Shown: positions 34,157-40,649 of the stretch, piece by piece
Layout of the letters: every line of letters begins with the position of its first letter
How positions within the stretch are numbered: position 1 is the stretch's first letter
Source of the DNA: Basidiobolus meristosporus CBS 931.73
Taxonomy: Eukaryota > Fungi > Basidiobolomycota
Assembly (NCBI GenBank): GCA_002104905.1
Contig: MCFE01000740.1
Location: 1-40,649 of the forward strand
Length of the DNA: 40,649 nucleotides
Reading direction: 5' to 3'
Position numbers and translations under genes: made by a program
Notes under the pieces: model-generated
Told to the model about the DNA's origin: nothing
The model's database searches: none
What the model saw: only the letters and a program-made list of their open reading frames with translations

Positions 34157-37100
34157 CTACCAAAGTTGAGAGGGTTCTCCTGAATCTCTTTTCTTGTGAT
34201 ACCAATAACTTGACGGTTCAGTATTATCAGCAAGTCTTGCAAGCTTGAGTCTGTCCGTATGCACTAAGTCTTCCCAGATATTGCCTTGTTTGTCCAACAG
34301 TTGGTAAGTTGCAAATGGACATACTCGATGATCTTGAATGGTCCTCTCCATTGTGGCTCAAACTTCTTCCAAGTGTTTTTTCTTAGCAAAACAAAGTTCC
34401 CAACTGTCAATGCTTCTGATGCTATAGTCTTATCAAATCTCTGCTTCATCTTTTCTGCACTTTGAGATACTTTGGTCTGTGCCTCTTGACATCTTTGTTC
34501 CAGTTGCTGGTGTCTACTTGGCTGACTAAGTTCATCTTCTAAGGCATCTGTAAGCTTGAGTTGTGTGAGATCTCCTGGAATCCTTGGTTCACATCCATAC
34601 ACTAAGTAAAGTGGTGATTGCTGGGTGGTGTTGTGTACTCTGACTCTGCATGCAAAGAGTGCTTGGTCTATATACTCATCCCATCTACTAACAACTCCAT
34701 TTGCATACTTGGTCAGCATTTTTCCAAATAATCCATTAACTACTCAGTGACTCCATTAGTTCTGGGGTGATATGCCAAGGTTTTCAAGTGTCTGATCTGC
34801 TGCATTTCCAGGTAAACCTCTAATGTCTTTGCCATAAAGTTTGCTCCTCTATCAGATAAGATCTCCACAGGGCATCCAAACTTCATCAGGATCTCATGGT
34901 AAATGAAACTTGCAACTTCTTGTTCACTGGCTATTGGTACAGCTTTAGCAACTGGCCATTTAGTGGCATGATCAATTGCTACTAGGATCCAACGGTTGCA
35001 TTTCCTGGTGGTTGGCAGTCTTCCAATAAAGTCAATTCCCCATCTCTCAAATGTTCTTACAGGCTCCAAAGGGAAGAGTTTGGCAATTCTTTGTGGCTGG
35101 CCTTGATTGATTTGGCAGTTTGGGCATGTTTTTACTAGCTTCTCTTTATCTTGTTTCATTCTGGGCCACCATGCTCTGGCTTTCACAAGACTATAGGTTC
35201 CTTCAATTCCAAGATGTCCATATCCATTGTAGCTTATGTATTAAATCCAGGCGAGAAACATAAGGGCAATAGGCAATAAGGCTTCCATCAACAATTTGGT
35301 AGAGTATTTCATCCTGTACTACAAATTTGCTGGCTTCATCACAGATTATCTTCTTGATATCTTCATCCACCTCATTAGGAATGGCTTGGTCCTCCAAGTA
35401 CTTTGGTAATAGGCTAGGCCAATCTGATTCATGCACCAAGTTGAGTTGTGCAACTTGATCTAATCTTGATAAGGCACCAGCAACTGAGTTGTTTTTTCCA
35501 GCGCAGTAAACAATCTCAAGGTCAAATTGCTGAATGTATTCACTCCATCTTGTCATTCTTCTAGAGAGTACCTTCTGAGTAAATATATACTTGAGGGAGG
35601 CATGATCAGTCTTCACAGTGCATTTGACTCCTTCAATATAGCATCTCCATGTCTTCAAACAGTGTATTATAGCAAGCATCCCCTTCTCATGGACTGGATA
35701 GTTTTGTTCTGCTGAGTTCAGTTTCTTGGATTCAAAGGGGCAGGGTAGTCCTTTCCCTTGTGTTCTTGGCTCAACACTCCACCAATTGCATAATCTGAAG
35801 CATCTGTGCATATAGTAAACTCTTTTCTGAAGTCTGGTATTCTTAAGCTTGGCAGCTTAGCAAATTCATTCTTGAGCGTCCGGCAGGCAGTCTCACAAGC
35901 TATGTCCCACTTGTAGGTATTGTCTTTCTTGAGGATATCAGTTAAAGGGGCTGCAATACTTGCAAATGACTTGACAAATCTCCGATAATAGGAAACCATT
36001 CCAAGGAATGATCTGAGCTCTGATATGCCATGGGGCTGTTTCAGATTCTTGATTACTTCCACCTTCTTTGGGTCTAAGGTTACACATGTGCTAGACAATA
36101 TGTGTCCCAGGTATTCAACATGCTCCTTGAAGAACTCACACTTGGCTAGCTTGCCATATAGCTTGTTCTCCCTTAGTTTCTTCAAGACCTTTTCAATGTG
36201 CAGTACGTGATCCTCTTGTGTCTTGCTGTATATCAATATGTCATCCAGGTAGATTATCACAAACTTGTCTAAGTACTCCTCAAAGACAGTCTGCATCAGC
36301 ATCATGAATGTTGCAAGGGCATTAGTGAGGCCAAAACTCATGACTAAGTACTTGTAATGTCCATATCTGGTCCTAAATGCTGTCTTAGGAATATCTTCTG
36401 GTTTTACCCTAATTTGGTTGTATCCTGACCTGAGGTCAATCTTGCTGAAAATAGTGGCTCCATTAAGTTGGTCCAAAAGCTCATCAATCCAAGGTATGGG
36501 GTACTTATTCTTGACGGTAACTGAGTTCAGGGCTCTGTAGTCAATGCACATCCTAAGTGTTCCATCCTTCTTTTTCACAAAAAGCACTGGTGCTCCCCAG
36601 GGTGACTTGCTGGGCCCAATATATCCTTGCTCCAACAGCTGATCAATTTGTCTCTTCATTTCCTCCAATTCCAATGGACTCATTCTGTAAGGTGCCTTGC
36701 TCACAGGAGGGCTATTTCCTGTGTCAATGGCATGATCCATGTCTCTGACTGGTGGTAGGCTCACAAGTTCATCTGGGAACACGTCTGAATATCTCTTCAA
36801 GAGAGTCTGGATCTGCTGGGGTGCTGGGGTAGAGGAATCCTCCTGTAATACCATTATGAGGAACATTTTGGTACCTTTTCTAAGTGCTCTACAGAACTGG
36901 GTCTTGCTAAGTTCACTTGTCTCACACATACTGGAATTGACCAAGTTGAAATCCAGCCTGGCAGGTAATAGCTCATAGGTCTTGTTGTCTTTTTGGATCT
37001 GAGTAGCATGGGTTCTCCAATTGATTGATGGATTACAACAAAATAGCCAGGTTTTTCCAAGTACAAGGTCGAACTTGCAGTTCCCAAATATATAAGCCTG

Positions 37101-38288
37101 TAGGTCTTCATCATAGTCATTGATCTTCAATCTTACTGGCTGGGTAATTTGGTTGATTATGTGAGAGTTCCCATCAGCTGTGGAGACTGAAGTTGATATG
37201 GTAGGTTCTGAGTTGATTCCAGCTTTCAAAGCAAATTGCTCTGACATGTACTCATGCAATGCTCCTGAGTTAATCATGATCTTGGAAGGTACTCCATTGA
37301 TTACTCCATTCAAGTATAATAGCTTTCCTGAGTTTGAGGTCATCTGGGATAGGTATTCTTTGGTCATGTGGAAGGTGATTTCTGAGTCTTCTTCAAGCTC
37401 ATCTTTCACCTTACTGTGCTCATGGGACTCAATATGGTTGAAGGTTCTTGTTGGCTGGTGTCCAATTCTTCCCTGAGGGCAGTACTTTGCAATATGTCCC
37501 TGCTGGTGGCAATTGAAGCAAAGTCCTTTCTTCTTACATTCTTCTGAGGAGGCATTCTTCTGCATAGCATCTATTTCCATTGGTACTGCTTCTGATTGTC
37601 TTCTTTCATAATGATTGTAGCCTTTCTGATTAGTCACTGTAGGCTTCCCAACTCCAAACATAGCTGAGTCATAGTCAATGGCAATCTTGATGGCTTCTTC
37701 AATAGTCTGAGGTCTTTGGTAATTCACTTCCTTGCAAGTTCTTTCTTTCAATTCATCAATAAAGTATTCAACTTGATCCAAGGGGTCCATTCTTTCAATT
37801 TGTCCAAGTAGACATCTGTACTCATAGATGTATTCTTGCACCATTCCTTTCTGTCTGAGTGTCTTTAACTTCCTTCTTAGTAGTGTCTATTGGTGTGGAG
37901 GTTCAAAAGCATCCTGAATTTCCGACACAAACTCTTCCCAGGTAGAGATTGTAGAGCATCCCATCATAGTGGCTGACCTGATCTTGTTGTGGTACCACTG
38001 TAAAGCTGCATCTGCCAGGTAAGAAGCTGCATAATGCAACTTGCTTTCTGGAGCAATTCCTTTAGCTTTAAAAGCTTCTTCAATCTGAAAGAGCCAAGTT
38101 CCCAGGTTTTCATTGACTCTGCCATGGTACCGGTTGACCTTCACACTAAAGTTGCTCTTGACAGGGCTTTGCTGGCTCTGAGCCATGGTAATCATTCCTT
38201 GTTGCTGTTGGCTGCGGATCTGGAGTAACTGTTGCTGTTGGGCCAGGATTTGCCGCATGGCATTCTTCCATTCTTGATTGTCCAACAT
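34157..38288 (-). pseudogene. G3 single-frame gag-pol pseudogene
   Basis: ORFs 37887-38288 and 35718-37844 are in frame across one TAG. Capsid, [14 protein letters not shown], protease INSG (D>N), RT YLDD, RNase H TDAS, then a frameshift near 35740 and a broken integrase with a GPF motif and no chromodomain. Confidence 0.93.
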
Positions 38289-38334
38289 CTTGAGGGTGGT
38301 TTCTTCTTTCTTCAGGAGGGAGGTTTCTGGCTAT

Positions 38335-38345
38335 CACTGCTACCA
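38335..38345 (-). other. Primer binding site of G3 (3' end of tRNAiMet)
   Basis: Minus strand TGGTAGCAGTG, one base after the LTR. TGGTAGC is the complement of the fungal/animal initiator tRNA 3' end GCUACCA. Confidence 0.72.
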
Positions 38346-38346
38346 A

Positions 38347-38694
38347 TGTTACAAGTCTTGGTATAACAGTTGTAGAGGAATAGGGAGTTTAGCTAGTATA
38401 GTATTCACTAAAACTTGAACTGATTTTTATTGAGGTTCCAGCAGCTCCTTATATACATTTTGCCAGATCAATTGCTGATTAATTGTATTTCCTAATGTAG
38501 GTTGTGGTTGATGACTCATTTGATTGCATCATCATCACCTAATAAGATCCTACTTAATATATCTATTTCTGTCTGATGAGGATATGCTGATTCATTTGCT
38601 GACTAATGCACTGATTTCATAGATAATACTGATATACTGATAACCTAAACATATACTAATTGATTTGACTAAAAAGTGATCTAACTTAAACATT
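38347..38694 (-). repeat. 5' LTR of G3, truncated
   Basis: Ends at ...AACTTAAACATT and abuts another LTR start (TGTTCCAAG) at 38695. Confidence 0.9.
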
Positions 38695-40649
38695 TGTTCC
38701 AAGTCTTGGTATAAGAGTTGTAGAGGAATAGGGAGTTTAGCTAGTATTGTATTCACTAAAACTTGAACTGATTTTTATTGAGGTTCCAGCAGCTCCTTAT
38801 ATACATTTTGCCAGATCAATTGCTGATTAATTGTATTTCCTAATGTAGGTTGTGGTTGATGACTCATTTAATTGGATCATCATCACCCAGTAAGATCCTA
38901 CTTAATATATCTATTTCTGTCTGATAAGGATCTGCTGATTCATTTGCTGACTAATGCTACTGATTTCATAGATAATAATGATATACTAATTGATTTGACT
39001 AAAAACTGATCTAACTTAAACATTCAAGCGGCAGATCATAACATTCTCCCCTACCAAAGTTGAGAGGGTTCCCCTGAATCTCTTTTCTTGTGATACCAAT
39101 ATCTTGATGGTTCAGTATTATCAGCAAGTTTTGCAAGCTTGAGTCTGTCCCTATGCACTAAGTCTTCCTGGATATTGCCTAGTTTGTCCACCAGTTGGTA
39201 AGTTGCAAATGGACATTCTCTGATGATCTTGAATGGTCCTGTCCATTGTGGCTCAAACTTCTTCCAAGTGTTTTTTCTTAGCAAAACAAAGTTCCCAACT
39301 GTCAATGCTTCTGATGCTATAGTCTTATCAAATCTCTGCTTCATCTTTTCTGCACTTTGAGATACTTTGGTCTGTGCCTCTTGACATCTTTGTTCCAGTT
39401 GCTGGTGTCTACTTGGCTGACTGAGTTCATCTTCTAAGGTGTCTGTAGCTTTGGTTGTGTGAGATCTCCTGGAATCCTTGGTTCACATCCATACACTAAG
39501 TAAAATGGTGATTGCTGGGTGGTGTTGTGTACTCTGACTCTGCATGCAAAGAGTGCTTGGTCTATATACTGATCCCATCTACTGACAACTCTATTTGCAT
39601 ACTTGGTGAGCATTTTTCCAAATAATCCATTAAACCGCTCAGTGACTCCATTAGTTCTGGGGTGATATGCCAAGGTTTTCAAGTGTCTGATCTGCTGCAT
39701 TTCCAGGTAAACCTCTAATGTCTTTGCCATAAAGTTTGCTCCTCAATCAGATAAGATCTCCACAGGGCATCCAAACTTCATCAGGATCTCATGGTAAATG
39801 AAACTTGCAACTTCTTGTTCACTGGCTATTGGTACAGCTTTAGCAACTGGCCATTTAGTGGCATGATCAATTGCTACTAGGATCCAACGGTTGCATTTCC
39901 TGGTAGTTGGCAGTCTTCCAATAAAGTCAATTCCCCATCTCTCAAATGTTTCTTACAGGCTCCAAAGGGAAGAGTTTGGCAATTCTTTGTGGCTGGCCTT
40001 GATTGATTTGGCAGTTTGGGTATGTTTTTACTAGCTTCTCTTTATCTTGTTTCATTCTGGGCCACCATGCTCTGGCTTTCACAAGACTATAGGTTCCTTC
40101 AATCCCAAGATGTCCATATCCATTGTGTAGCTTATATATTAAATCCAGGCAAGAAACATAAGGGCAATAGGCAATAGGGCTTCCATCAACAATTTGGTAG
40201 AGTGTTTCATCCTGTACTACAAATTTGCTGGCTTTCATCACGGATTATCTTCTTGATATCTTCATCCACCTCATTAGGAATGGCTTGGTCCTCCAAGTAC
40301 TTTGGTAATAGGCTAGGCCAATCTGATTCATGCACCAAGTTGAGTTGTGCAACTTGATCCTGAACTTGATAAGGCACCAGCAACTGTGTTGTTTTTTCCA
40401 GGGCAGTAACAATCTCCAGGTCAAATTGGCTGAATGTATTCACTCCATCTTGTCATTCTTCTAGAGAGTACCTTCTGAGTAAAATATATACTTGAGGGAG
40501 GCATGATCAGTCTTCACAGTGCATTTGAACTCCCTTCAATATAGCAATCTCCATGTCTTCAAACAGTGTAATTATACGCAAGCATCTCCTTCCTCATGGA
40601 CTGGGATAGTTTTTGTTCTGCTGAGTTCAGTTTCTTGGATTCAAAGGCA
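38695..40649 (-). mobile_element. Ty3/gypsy element G4, 3' portion (runs off the window)
   Basis: 3' LTR 38695-39043 (with a ~20-bp internal deletion), PPT complement TTCTCCCCTA, then integrase and RNase H sequence very similar to G3 34150-35740. Confidence 0.92.

Larger units (their letters stand above)
33782..38694 (-). mobile_element. Ty3/gypsy element G3, near full length, 5' LTR missing its outer ~19 bp
   Basis: 3' LTR 33782-34149; PPT 34150-34159; PBS 38335-38345; 5' LTR 38347-38694 (~15 differences between LTRs by eye, ~96% identity). Confidence 0.94.

Noticed and set aside
4768-37476. Many short ORFs such as 4768-4956, 4911-5111, 8527-8718, 9035-9235, 16498-16770, 19909-20202, 23506-23799, 36025-36978 and 37180-37476
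   Set aside because: They are antisense or alternate-frame shadows of gag-pol or the transposase, recurring only because the repeats recur.
37887-37889. Programmed stop-codon readthrough between gag and pol in G3
   Set aside because: G1 has CAG at this codon, and the stop lies within the capsid region, so it is a C>T lesion.
40635-40649. G4 sequence (TGCCTTTGAA on the minus strand) as evidence that G4 lacks the G2/G3 frameshift
   Set aside because: It differs only in the length of a C run at the very end of the window, where the sequence shows many apparent indel errors, so it is uninformative.
1-40649. tRNA, rRNA or other structured RNA genes
   Set aside because: Only short PBS complements to tRNAiMet were seen; no cloverleaf or rRNA-like sequence.

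Overview
Eukaryotic, probably fungal, DNA (inference from the WrbA/Pst2-type gene and the element types). The first 302 bp are the 3' end of a flavodoxin-like NAD(P)H:quinone oxidoreductase gene. From 1263 to the window end the sequence is an almost continuous, strongly CpG-depleted nest of transposons whose junctions can mostly be resolved to the base. It contains: (i) two Ty1/copia families, 'A/B' (349-bp LTRs) and 'C' (~367-bp LTRs), both with a half-tRNAiMet primer site GGTTATGAGCCC; (ii) one Ty3/gypsy family 'G' (~369-bp LTRs, 4-bp TSDs, no chromodomain) present as four elements and two solo LTRs; (iii) a 1079-bp solo LTR of another family; (iv) a 4.5-kb two-gene PIF/Harbinger-like (PHIS) DNA transposon with 15-bp TIRs AGACTTGTTCCATTG, an uninterrupted DDE_Tnp_4 transposase ORF and a divergent Myb/SANT(MADF)-like partner ORF; and (v) a 211-bp MITE with the same TIRs. 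All retroelement coding regions are pseudogenised. Family and element names are my labels. Counts and identities were done by eye and are approximate. The last ~500 bp look indel-noisy.
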